Assembly (NCBI RefSeq): GCF_902779965.1
Contig: NZ_CACZDK010000011.1
Coordinates: 95,012-159,011, forward strand
Length of the DNA: 64,000 nucleotides
Reading direction: 5' to 3'
From: Fibrobacter succinogenes
GTDB lineage: Bacteria; Fibrobacterota; Fibrobacteria; Fibrobacterales; Fibrobacteraceae
Made by a program: the position numbers and the translations under genes
The notes under the pieces: generated by a model
What the model was told of the DNA's origin: nothing
The model's input: only the letters and a program-made list of their open reading frames with translations
The model's database searches: none
Part shown: piece after piece, positions 1 through 8,662 of the stretch
Numbering within the stretch: position 1 is the first letter of the stretch
Layout of the letters: the number at the start of each line of letters is the position of its first letter

Positions 1-42
1 AGCTCCATAGCATGAGAGCTGAAATTATGCAGGCAAGCCGTT

Positions 43-879
43 TCATTTTGACTTCTCCTGCAATTTTTTAGTAAAAGCAAGCGGGAACAGCTGAACATTC
101 AGCTGGAATACCGTATCGTCGCCGGTTCCTTCCTGTGACAAGCGAAGCAAGTCAGAGCGGAACTCCTTAATCTTTTCACGGATGAGCTGGATATCGTTCA
201 TGTTGAACGTCATCGTCACAGTGCTAATATCGCGAAGAGGAGGCGCATGACGTTCTAGCGATTCACCGCCAAGGCGAATCGTCTCCTTTTGGAATGTCCG
301 AACTGCTTCGGACCTCCAGTTACCACCTGTACTCACAAACGTATCATTCACTTTCCAGTACCCATCCTTTCCCTCAGAGATCATGTTCAGGTCGTGGAGG
401 AGCTTGATAGCCTCCTTGGCTTGCTCCACCGTGATTGCCGGCGAACAAGACTCCGCGAGCCCTTCATAATCATCTTTAAAATTACAAATACCGATTACAG
501 AACGGATAGCGTTATAGTACCAATGACGGTAAAATTCAAGTTCTTTTTTGGCAAGACGCTTTAAAGGAATACCCTTCAAGGCCTGCATCTTCTCATAGTG
601 GTTCAGGGCTTCCTGATCGCTCTTGGCGCGTCCAAAATAGACCAGTTCCGACCAATAGGCGGTTTCCTTTTCGTCAAGCTCAAAAAATTCAGCCATGGGC
701 TTGATAAAGTTGACCGCAAGGTGGATCTTGCCCTGCGAAATTCGGAGGAGGTTTCCTGGATCAGCACCGAGTTTCATAGCCATGTATCGCCAGGATATAA
801 CCGTCTTGCGCTTTTTAAAATCTTCAAAAGCGTCTCTAATCCATTCGCGATAATCGGTATATTCAAAAATTGGTTTCAC
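43..879 (-). CDS. TIGR02147-like uncharacterised protein (Fibrobacter-type paralogous family, probable N-terminal HTH)
   Basis: 278-aa ORF. The N-terminus MKPIFEYTDYREWIRDAFEDFKKRK..ISWRYMAMKLGADPGNLLRISQGK matches my memory of the TIGR02147 family. The antisense ORFs 289..564 and 598..972 show nothing recognisable. Confidence 0.5.
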   Translation of the reverse strand: MKPIFEYTDYREWIRDAFEDFKKRKTVISWRYMAMKLGADPGNLLRISQGKIHLAVNFIKPMAEFFELDEKETAYWSELVYFGRAKSDQEALNHYEKMQALKGIPLKRLAKKELEFYRHWYYNAIRSVIGICNFKDDYEGLAESCSPAITVEQAKEAIKLLHDLNMISEGKDGYWKVNDTFVSTGGNWRSEAVRTFQKETIRLGGESLERHAPPLRDISTVTMTFNMNDIQLIREKIKEFRSDLLRLSQEGTGDDTVFQLNVQLFPLAFTKKLQEKSK

Positions 880-972
880 AGAAAGTCCTCACGTCAAACA
901 GCACCTCGCGCTATCCCAAGACAACTTCCCTTTCCTCATCCAACACAAGACAGTACGGGTGGTTTGAAGTAG

Positions 973-990
973 TATAAAGATATCTTTATA
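973..990. promoter_or_regulatory. perfect 18-bp palindrome TATAAAGATATCTTTATA, candidate operator
   Basis: Read directly. It lies about 95 nt upstream of the start of the TIGR02147-like gene and 26 nt downstream of the stop at 1016. Confidence 0.4.
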
Positions 991-1015
991 CCCATCAATA
1001 GGTTAGTGCACAGCC

Positions 1016-1384
1016 CTATCGTTCGTTGTGGAATTTTACAACGGAAGTCGAACCAGCAGAGCAGGTCGCTATCCAAGAACATTCTTGCAAATCGGCAAAG
1101 CGAGTGTCGCTGCAGCGGCCATCAAAGGCTAGAGCGCCGTTTTCGTCAAAGTAGTAAGCGACTTCGTAAGTGATTTCAACAAGCTTGGACTTTATCACCT
1201 CTGGAGCACTCATCACTTTCGACGTGATGTCAATCACACAGTTGTCTTTCAATTCCGAAGCTTCGGCAGCCGAATCAAGCGAATTCCAATGAATCTGAAT
1301 TTGCTTGAAATCTTCCACTTCAGGGTGCTTGGAACAAGACACGAGCAAAGTAACCAAAACCGCAAGAAGAAGCCAACCGCGCAT
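1016..1384 (-). CDS. small lipoprotein, unknown function
   Basis: An internal ATG at 1384 gives MRGWLLLAVLVTLLVSCSK, a signal peptide plus lipobox. The longer track ORF (to 1480) would overlap the upstream GGDEF gene. Confidence 0.6.
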   Translation of the reverse strand: MRGWLLLAVLVTLLVSCSKHPEVEDFKQIQIHWNSLDSAAEASELKDNCVIDITSKVMSAPEVIKSKLVEITYEVAYYFDENGALAFDGRCSDTRFADLQECSWIATCSAGSTSVVKFHNER

Positions 1385-1394
1385 TTCAGATTCC

Positions 1395-2732
1395 TTAATG
1401 ACTACGTCTGAACGTTGCCACGGTAACACGGTTACGGCCGCTTTCCTTCGAAGAATACAACGCCTTGTCGGCACGAGCAATGAAGGACTTCGGATCTTCG
1501 CCCGGTACCATTTCGGTCACACCAAAGGAGCAGGTCACCTGCTGCTGCTTGATAAGCGTCGTTGTTTCAATCGCCTTGCGGAGCTTTTCTGCAAGGAACG
1601 CCGCGTTCTGGATACTCGTCTCATCACTCAAGATCACGAACTCTTCGCCGCCCCAGCGCACAAGGGAATCCGTATTGCGAATCATGCTCTGCACAAGCTT
1701 TGCAAGGTTCACAAGAACTTCGTCGCCAACGAGATGGCCGTATGTATCGTTCACTTCCTTGAAGTGGTCGATGTCGAAAATCATGAACGACACCGGGAGG
1801 CCTGTCCTATTGAGTTTTTCCTGTTCGCGGAGGAGAACACCGCTAAAGCCAGCACGGTTGAGGCACCCGGTAAGCGGGTCTTCCTTACTGGACTTCTCGT
1901 ACTCGCTCTTCTCGATTTCGAGAGCACGGAGGTTCTTCTTGAGTTCTTCCTGCTTCTTCTTGTTAATCGCGCGTTCACGACTGTAATCGAAGAACCTGAT
2001 AATCAAGATGATAAGGAATGTGACAAACCATAAAGCGACAAGCGTCGTCACGAGGTCCACTTGCGAAATTTTTTTACCCTTGAAGCGAAGCCTATTGATT
2101 TCCATGCCGCCATAACCAAGCGGAGCGTTTGTGCCGGTCTGGATTTCAATAAGCGGAATGTTCGAAAGATCAACGCGCGCCTTGTGAACGTTGATTTCGT
2201 TCTGGGCCACCCACCAGCCAGCCACGCGGAATTCCTGCGGGACAAACACGGCCGGATACGGCTCCCTGGTCGGGGTAAATTCAATCTCGTTAAACTTGAG
2301 GGAGGTCTCGTCGTTCTTGCGATAAAGCGCCTTATCGTAACCGCGCATGTAAAGACGGACGGAGCCCTCGTTACGCGGTTTGAGCCACACAAAAAGACTG
2401 TCGTAGTTCGAAAGGTCTAACCCTTGGAACTTGCCATCGCCAAGATAAATCTTGATCCCGACATACGGGTAGGCGTATCCCTCGCGAAGTTCGTACTCAA
2501 TAACAACAGAGCTATCGGTACGGGTCATCGTAATTGCAGAAGTACCTCCATCCACGGAGTCCGCACTTGCAACCACATAGGGATATTCGCCAAGATTAAT
2601 GTCTAAAATGTCATCAAGGAAATGCCGATATGCAAACATGGCTACGGCGGTCACCACCAATAGCACAACAATCAGGAAATTCATCCTGAAAAGGGCATAC
2701 ACATTTCTCATAACTTTTGAAGACATAATCAC
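1395..2732 (-). CDS. membrane-bound diguanylate cyclase (GGDEF domain) with extracytoplasmic sensor region
   Basis: 445 aa. It has an N-terminal TM helix, an outside region of about 200 aa, a second TM (LVALWFVTFLIILIIRFF) and a coiled coil. The C-terminal GGDEF domain carries RWGGEEF and DIDHFKEVND. Confidence 0.85.
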   Translation of the reverse strand: MIMSSKVMRNVYALFRMNFLIVVLLVVTAVAMFAYRHFLDDILDINLGEYPYVVASADSVDGGTSAITMTRTDSSVVIEYELREGYAYPYVGIKIYLGDGKFQGLDLSNYDSLFVWLKPRNEGSVRLYMRGYDKALYRKNDETSLKFNEIEFTPTREPYPAVFVPQEFRVAGWWVAQNEINVHKARVDLSNIPLIEIQTGTNAPLGYGGMEINRLRFKGKKISQVDLVTTLVALWFVTFLIILIIRFFDYSRERAINKKKQEELKKNLRALEIEKSEYEKSSKEDPLTGCLNRAGFSGVLLREQEKLNRTGLPVSFMIFDIDHFKEVNDTYGHLVGDEVLVNLAKLVQSMIRNTDSLVRWGGEEFVILSDETSIQNAAFLAEKLRKAIETTTLIKQQQVTCSFGVTEMVPGEDPKSFIARADKALYSSKESGRNRVTVATFRRSH

Positions 2733-2792
2733 ATATCCATTTTAGGCCATGACATTCTAAATATACAAAAAAGGACGTTCATCGCTAAGAAA

Positions 2793-3842
2793 TTATCTCG
2801 AAAGCCATCGTCCAAGGCGAGCGATTACGGGCCTTAGAGTGTTCGCCAGCTCTTCTTGGGAATGTGTATCGGGGTGTCCATGCAAACCGACATTCGATGT
2901 AAAGACGTGTTTATATTCGAGGTCCTTGTGTCCGGCAGCGATTTCGCTATCGTAAATCTCTTTAATCGTGGGACCAAGGTCATCGTTCGGCCAAACTTTC
3001 GTCGAAATAAGCAGGAATTTCACACCAGGGTGAGACTTACGGAGCTTTTCGAGCAGTTTTACGTACGCCTTTTTGAATTTTCCTTTATCCGCATACGGAG
3101 GATTGCCCTGAAAATCGTTAATTCCTTCAAAAATCACGACAACCTGCGGGTGGAATTTTTCAAAATCCCAGCGTTCTGGCTTCGAATATGAGGTTACCGA
3201 GCCCATGACCGTGTAATCATAGAGGCGTTCCATGGTCCAATCGGGCACGATATTGTCGTAGTTGCGCACAAGACCGCGCCCACTGAAGGCATTCACCTGG
3301 TAGTCGGCATTGAAACCGCTAGCAAGGAGGTATGCATAACTTTTGGAGGCATTCGTCTTATCGAACTCGGGAGCGTCTTCAGCAGAAGAACCTTCGCAAC
3401 CATAACCCGCGGTAAAGGAATCGCCGATGAACTCGATGCGGCGTTGGGAAGGCTTGGGGGCTTCGCCAAACTCGCCATCAACGGAAATGCCGTAGAACTT
3501 GATTTCGGGAACGCCACTTTCGCTAATCTTGATGAAGCGGTACTTGTGGAAGGCGCCATCGTCCTGAACCTTGATTGCACGTTCTTCCTTGGCATCGACT
3601 TCGAACTGGTCAATTTGCTTGCCGTCGCGGTCAAGGCGCCAGCGGGAACGGCCTTCGACTGTAAATGTAATTTTCGAGGCTTTGGCATTAAATGTAATGG
3701 ATGCAGCAGGCGCACTGGCGCGGCTCACGCCGTTATCATGGGCCCAGCGGCCGTTAAACAGCAAATTTTGCATAGAAGAAGACGCTCCGAAAGAGTACGC
3801 GACAAGGGCACTCAGCAAAAGGAATATGCGAAGAAGATTCAT
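2793..3842 (-). CDS. secreted SGNH/GDSL hydrolase, CE2-like carbohydrate esterase architecture
   Basis: 349 aa with signal peptide MNLLRIFLLLSALVAYSFG. An N-terminal beta-sandwich-like region of about 130 aa is followed by SGNH block I FIGDSFTAGYG and a C-terminal GHPDTHS block. Confidence 0.7.
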   Translation of the reverse strand: MNLLRIFLLLSALVAYSFGASSSMQNLLFNGRWAHDNGVSRASAPAASITFNAKASKITFTVEGRSRWRLDRDGKQIDQFEVDAKEERAIKVQDDGAFHKYRFIKISESGVPEIKFYGISVDGEFGEAPKPSQRRIEFIGDSFTAGYGCEGSSAEDAPEFDKTNASKSYAYLLASGFNADYQVNAFSGRGLVRNYDNIVPDWTMERLYDYTVMGSVTSYSKPERWDFEKFHPQVVVIFEGINDFQGNPPYADKGKFKKAYVKLLEKLRKSHPGVKFLLISTKVWPNDDLGPTIKEIYDSEIAAGHKDLEYKHVFTSNVGLHGHPDTHSQEELANTLRPVIARLGRWLSR

Positions 3843-3866
3843 TGAGGGAATGATAGTATTTTTTGA

Positions 3867-3898
3867 GTTACTAGTTACTAGTCAATAGTTACTAACAG
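3867..3898 (+). repeat. heptad stop-codon array (TAG/TAA every 7 nt)
   Basis: The sequence is gttacTAGttacTAGtcaaTAGttacTAAcag, with stops at 3872, 3879, 3886 and 3893. Confidence 0.85.
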
Positions 3899-3899
3899 T

Positions 3900-3935
3900 G
3901 TCATTCTGAGCGCAACGAAGTGGAGTCGAAGAATC
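3900..3935 (+). repeat. GTCAT-arm-GAGC..arm' hairpin repeat (arms ATTCT/AGAAT)
   Basis: The sequence is gtcATTCTgagcgcaacgaagtggagtcgaAGAATc. Confidence 0.8.
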
Positions 3936-3965
3936 TAGTTAAGTTGGCCGACGCTTTTATATGCA

Positions 3966-3994
3966 ACAAAAAGACCCCGCAACGGTGTGCGGGG
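3966..3994 (-). terminator. rho-independent terminator after the 4041 gene
   Basis: The minus strand reads CCCCGCACACCGTTGCGGGG followed by TCTTTTTGTT. Confidence 0.75.
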
Positions 3995-4040
3995 TGACAC
4001 AGGAAAAATCAGGAACACAGCACTGAAGCCAAAAATCGTC

Positions 4041-4538
4041 TTAATCCACCCTACTGACAGACTGTAACCGAATAGAATTTAAATCAGGGCCATACGAGGG
4101 CGGATTAAAACTATAAATTACACTCACTTTAGCTCGATCACTTTTTGCAGAAACAAGCTGCGACGCCATAACTGCCACACCAAACATATTTGCAGAACCA
4201 CCCACCGGAGACAAAACTAAACGTAATTCATGATTTGGATGATTATAATCTAAACCGCTAGGTTGATTCTGTATTGGATAATATGTGATCATTTTTGTTG
4301 TATGAAATTTACCGCAATTAGCAGAAGTACCTAACCAAAAAATAATAGTTCCATCTGGCTGACTAGCTAATCTACACACATAGCCAGTTTGTTCACACAT
4401 ATCCGTCGGCACATAAATTCCTGATGCAAGCGTTGCACCTGAGGTATTGCAGCGATCATTATCATCGTACTTTGGTTCATCAGCTTGAGCAATTGTTAAA
4501 CCAATAGCAATTGTTACTAGTAGTAGATTTTTTTTCAT
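4041..4538 (-). CDS. secreted Cys-containing protein, unknown function
   Basis: The ATG at 4538 is preceded by a GAGG Shine-Dalgarno and gives signal peptide MKKNLLLVTIAIGLTIAQA. It is AT-rich like the two genes upstream. Confidence 0.55.
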   Translation of the reverse strand: MKKNLLLVTIAIGLTIAQADEPKYDDNDRCNTSGATLASGIYVPTDMCEQTGYVCRLASQPDGTIIFWLGTSANCGKFHTTKMITYYPIQNQPSGLDYNHPNHELRLVLSPVGGSANMFGVAVMASQLVSAKSDRAKVSVIYSFNPPSYGPDLNSIRLQSVSRVD

Positions 4539-4552
4539 TTTAACCTCTTTTC

Positions 4553-5140
4553 TTAAAAAGGGCACCCTGTCACAAATTTTAGATTTACTTCTTCCGCATT
4601 CGGAACTCTTGAAAAATTAAAGGTTCCGTCATATTGAACCATACACGAAAAAGTAACATTACAATTCATTGACTTGATATTACAGAACGCTTTATACGCC
4701 CCATACTTGCTATATATAAAATATTCACCATCTATATTTCTTTCAAAATCCACTGGATTACCTATATATTTCCGACCAGCAATTTCATTATTTTTCAAAC
4801 AAAAGGTACCAAGGAAATCTAAATTATCTAGTTTAAGATTTTCGCATACAGAATATCTATCAGAATTCATTTCCAAAATCCATATAGAGTCTCTTACATT
4901 TTCAGTTGTACTATCAAAATAAAGAAATAAGTCATATGGTGAGGGATTGTTTTCATCCATAGGGGCAATGCTGAAATATATACTCCCGTTTTTTCCACAA
5001 CGAACAGAATCCGAATCAAAAGACATTCCGTTGATTGAACAATCTCTATTCACAACAATTTCGTGTTCATAGGGATTATACGAATCATTGCATGCACAAA
5101 AAACAAATGCGGCTAACATGATTACTATAAACTTTTTCAT
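4553..5140 (-). CDS. Cys-rich lipoprotein, unknown function
   Basis: 195 aa. MKKFIVIMLAAFVFCACND is a lipobox. The start overlaps the stop of the S8 peptidase gene (5137/5140). Confidence 0.6.
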   Translation of the reverse strand: MKKFIVIMLAAFVFCACNDSYNPYEHEIVVNRDCSINGMSFDSDSVRCGKNGSIYFSIAPMDENNPSPYDLFLYFDSTTENVRDSIWILEMNSDRYSVCENLKLDNLDFLGTFCLKNNEIAGRKYIGNPVDFERNIDGEYFIYSKYGAYKAFCNIKSMNCNVTFSCMVQYDGTFNFSRVPNAEEVNLKFVTGCPF

Positions 5141-8100
5141 TTTTTTCTCCTTACATCCAAGAGGATTGGAGCCAAAACATCATAAGACAAATGTTCAACC
5201 TTATCTATCGCATAGCCCCAACCTTGCTGATTATCATCATTACTTTCAAGAACAACTTTAAGAGTCTTCGTTTTTACACCAATAGTCTTCCCCGCAAGTT
5301 CCGAACCAGTATACGCACCTATCAATTGCCCCGAACCATCATAAAGATAAATCCAATCATTCGGAGCTACAAAAGTCCTACTATCAAATGTAACATAATT
5401 TTCCAAAAAATTCCCTAATTCATGAACACAGGAACTAGTCTTATTTTTTAAATAAGGATGTTCATCTTCAAAACAAACGGGTTCTTCTAATTTGAAATCG
5501 CTAACAATAGACGCCACTTGTGCAAAACCATCCGTACTATTCCCAACTTTAACTTTATATCCTTCAACAACAACTTGCCATTCGCCAGTCTCAATATCAG
5601 CACCAGAAAATTCTCCTTCAACATCAACGACTTCGACATTATTGAGATGGTCAAAGCATGAACGAAAAACATTCGAATCTAGGCATTCCAAATGTTTCTT
5701 TTGATAAGCCCCCTTTTCCGCCTCATCAAGCGTTATCATTTCATAACCGGATGTTCTAGCCAGTAACCCTCTGGCACCAACGAATTTACCATTTTCATCC
5801 ATATATGCTGTTGAAAGAGAATCTAACTTCCATGGATAATAACGTATACCAGACGGGGACACAAGATACATATCCAAATCATTGACTAATTTTGATTTGG
5901 TAAAATTTTCTACAGAAACATCTTCAACTGAAGGGACAGCATCATCCCAAACCAAGGTAATCCTCACTTTTTTTACCCCAGCACCAGCAGGAATACTAAA
6001 CGTCCACTTTTTAACCATTCCATTGTATATTTCAAATTCACGGAACCTCTCAAATTTTTGATTTGCAGCATCATAACCGTCAATAATATCCAAAGCACCT
6101 TTCGCATTCACACTACCCCAACCTGTTACAAAATCAGGACCTTGTCCGTATGATACTCTCACTTTTTTTCCTTCCATAATTTCAACCCCATCCAAAACTC
6201 TATGTTTGCCTTTCATATCTGTAGCCGAATGTATAAGTATAGCCTTTGTTGTCGAATTTCTCATTGATTGTTCTTCTAAAGGCAACCCCGTTCTCTCTCT
6301 AAATTTCTGATACATCAAAGCAACAACCCCAGTTACAATTGGAGCCGACAACGATGTTCCACACATAAAATCATAATCATAACTTTCTATCCTTCCTTTG
6401 CCAATAGTCGTTGCTACAACAAAACTATATCGTGTACCATGCGCCACAACATCTGGTTTTATACGACCATCCCATGTAGGCCCCAGCCCTGAAAAACTAG
6501 CCACAATATCCTCAGCTCTAGCATCGATAGCACCAACAACAATGGCGTTTTTAAATGGACCCAATATGGAATGAAAACCTCTCATCGTATCATAATATTG
6601 AACGTCTCCATTATTTCCTGCAGCCATAACAAAAGTTTTAGTTAAAAAGTCACCACCTTCAGAAAACAGCTTCCAATTTCTAAAAATATTTTCATCTATC
6701 TTTCTAAAATTTTTCCCATAATAAATCGCTTTCCTCATCTTCTCCTTTTGGTCTTTTTCATCAAAAAAACAACATATATCATCATTTTCAACCAAAGCTG
6801 TAGAATGATTTACCACATGCCCTGACTGACGGTTAAACACACCACCCAATGAATAAAATTGCACCTTAGGAGCAATTCCTCTCAATCGAGAATTTGGCGC
6901 CCCACTTCCATTTCCACCAATAGCACCCGCCACTCTTGTTCCATGATCCGCCCGACCTACGGTAGTGTTATCATAATCATATTTTTGATTTTCTTTACTA
7001 TACCATGGAGATTTTCTAGGAAAATATTCTTTTTTTTCAACATCATATTCTTGAAAGGCTAAATTTTCAAAATCCACCCCAGTATCATAAACGCCAACAA
7101 CCACTCCCTCTCCTGTATACAACTCTCCTTTTAACCACGTTGTTGTTTTTACAGTTTCTTTCATCCCCGCCACCCATGCCGGACTACTTTGTAAATAATT
7201 CAAACCCATTGAACGATAAATCTGACCATTGTAAAAATCAACATCACTAAAATAATATACTTTATCTTCAGAGCACGAAGCAAAAGGCGCCCCCACCTTC
7301 TCCGTTGCCAAATCCTTCACATTGTGATTTCGCGATAGACATTGCACAGAATCCCTTGGAACCGTAGCCAAAACAATTTGACGGTCAATCAACGCGTCTG
7401 CACCTCCGCACGATGTTACGATATCCTTGCATGTAAACATACCCACATCAGGCCAACACATCACTTCTAGCCTATACGAGAGTTTTTCTTCTACTATTTC
7501 CTCACATGAACCATCCTCTTGGCAAACACGTTTTTTCCCATACAAATCATCGTCTCCCAAAATCAAAGAAAGAGATGTCGTGTCATCTACAGAAAATGCG
7601 TTATAAAATCCAGACAATTGCAGTTGAAGCGTTTTTACTCTAACCGGAACAGAAGCCCTGCTAAACAAGAGCGTTCGCCCTAGATAAGTAGATACTTCAA
7701 CAACATCGACACCCTTTGCTTTTAAAGAATCCTTTTCACTCTTCGTAAATACGGAATCTTTCAGAATCCAAAAACGGCCTTGAGGTACAACCTCATCTTC
7801 ACTGCCTTTGAATTTTTCAATCACATGATGCTTATTACGGCTACTCCAGACAACGTTGCCGGTTCCACTAGATCCATCAAGCGGATTGTATCCCCAAAGA
7901 ATGTTATTTTTATCATCATAAACTGCCATGAAGTAACTCTTTTCCTTAACAGCAGCATTTTTCTGATACGAATAATCCCTGCTACAATCCCAAGCCTTCC
8001 AATCTTCACGATGCAAACGAAAATGCAGTTTAACCGATTTGCCGGGACGCAACTCGCCCTTCGTTTTCAAATTCACTACAGTATATTTCCCTGCGGATAC

Positions 8101-8466
8101 AATCATTGTATCCACCTTAAATGAGTTTGATGCGTAATCAACAGAAGCACGAAGCATTGAATCCCGACCATAGTTTCCCGTTTTCACGCCACTGCAGCTA
8201 GGTTTGTTCGCGTTCTTTTCGCAATACTGGATATTTGTGTTTTCTGCGAAATACTGGATTACGGGATTTGATATGGTCTTTGTCGAAATATTGGCAAGAG
8301 TCACCCTATACTCTACCCAATTCCATTCCGTTCTATGGCGTTCACTTTGAAAGTCAACAAGCAAAGAATCACTAGCCATCATCATTGAAGGCAAAAATAC
8401 TACAAAAGCAATTATTTTAACAAGTAATTTCAGTCCACTCATTTCAATATTTTTCATACAAAGCAT
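5137..8466 (-). CDS. large secreted subtilisin-family (S8) serine peptidase
   Basis: 1109 aa. Catalytic motifs occur in D-H-S order: VYDTGVD, HGTRVAGAIGG, AAGNNG, GTSLSAPIVTG. A P-domain-like LVWDD..NDLDMYLVSPSG follows. The N-terminal region of about 450 aa is unassigned. Confidence 0.85.
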   Translation of the reverse strand: MLCMKNIEMSGLKLLVKIIAFVVFLPSMMMASDSLLVDFQSERHRTEWNWVEYRVTLANISTKTISNPVIQYFAENTNIQYCEKNANKPSCSGVKTGNYGRDSMLRASVDYASNSFKVDTMIVSAGKYTVVNLKTKGELRPGKSVKLHFRLHREDWKAWDCSRDYSYQKNAAVKEKSYFMAVYDDKNNILWGYNPLDGSSGTGNVVWSSRNKHHVIEKFKGSEDEVVPQGRFWILKDSVFTKSEKDSLKAKGVDVVEVSTYLGRTLLFSRASVPVRVKTLQLQLSGFYNAFSVDDTTSLSLILGDDDLYGKKRVCQEDGSCEEIVEEKLSYRLEVMCWPDVGMFTCKDIVTSCGGADALIDRQIVLATVPRDSVQCLSRNHNVKDLATEKVGAPFASCSEDKVYYFSDVDFYNGQIYRSMGLNYLQSSPAWVAGMKETVKTTTWLKGELYTGEGVVVGVYDTGVDFENLAFQEYDVEKKEYFPRKSPWYSKENQKYDYDNTTVGRADHGTRVAGAIGGNGSGAPNSRLRGIAPKVQFYSLGGVFNRQSGHVVNHSTALVENDDICCFFDEKDQKEKMRKAIYYGKNFRKIDENIFRNWKLFSEGGDFLTKTFVMAAGNNGDVQYYDTMRGFHSILGPFKNAIVVGAIDARAEDIVASFSGLGPTWDGRIKPDVVAHGTRYSFVVATTIGKGRIESYDYDFMCGTSLSAPIVTGVVALMYQKFRERTGLPLEEQSMRNSTTKAILIHSATDMKGKHRVLDGVEIMEGKKVRVSYGQGPDFVTGWGSVNAKGALDIIDGYDAANQKFERFREFEIYNGMVKKWTFSIPAGAGVKKVRITLVWDDAVPSVEDVSVENFTKSKLVNDLDMYLVSPSGIRYYPWKLDSLSTAYMDENGKFVGARGLLARTSGYEMITLDEAEKGAYQKKHLECLDSNVFRSCFDHLNNVEVVDVEGEFSGADIETGEWQVVVEGYKVKVGNSTDGFAQVASIVSDFKLEEPVCFEDEHPYLKNKTSSCVHELGNFLENYVTFDSRTFVAPNDWIYLYDGSGQLIGAYTGSELAGKTIGVKTKTLKVVLESNDDNQQGWGYAIDKVEHLSYDVLAPILLDVRRKK

Positions 8467-8600
8467 TACATTATAAATTACAATATAACTAACTTTATAT
8501 ACAAAATAAAGCTAAGTTTTTTTTTACAAACTAAATAAATTCTAATATATAAAAAAACGTAAAAAGCCCCCACATACAACGGAATGTTGCTGGAAGCATT

Positions 8601-8629
8601 ATAAAGGAAACGCCGGCACTAGGGCCGGC
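8601..8629 (-). terminator. probable terminator after the 8663 gene
   Basis: The minus strand reads GCCGGCCCTAGTGCCGGC followed by GTTTCCTTTAT. The T-tract is weak. Confidence 0.5.
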
Positions 8630-8662
8630 ATGACAACGCTAAAACAACTTGTCGCGGGATTC

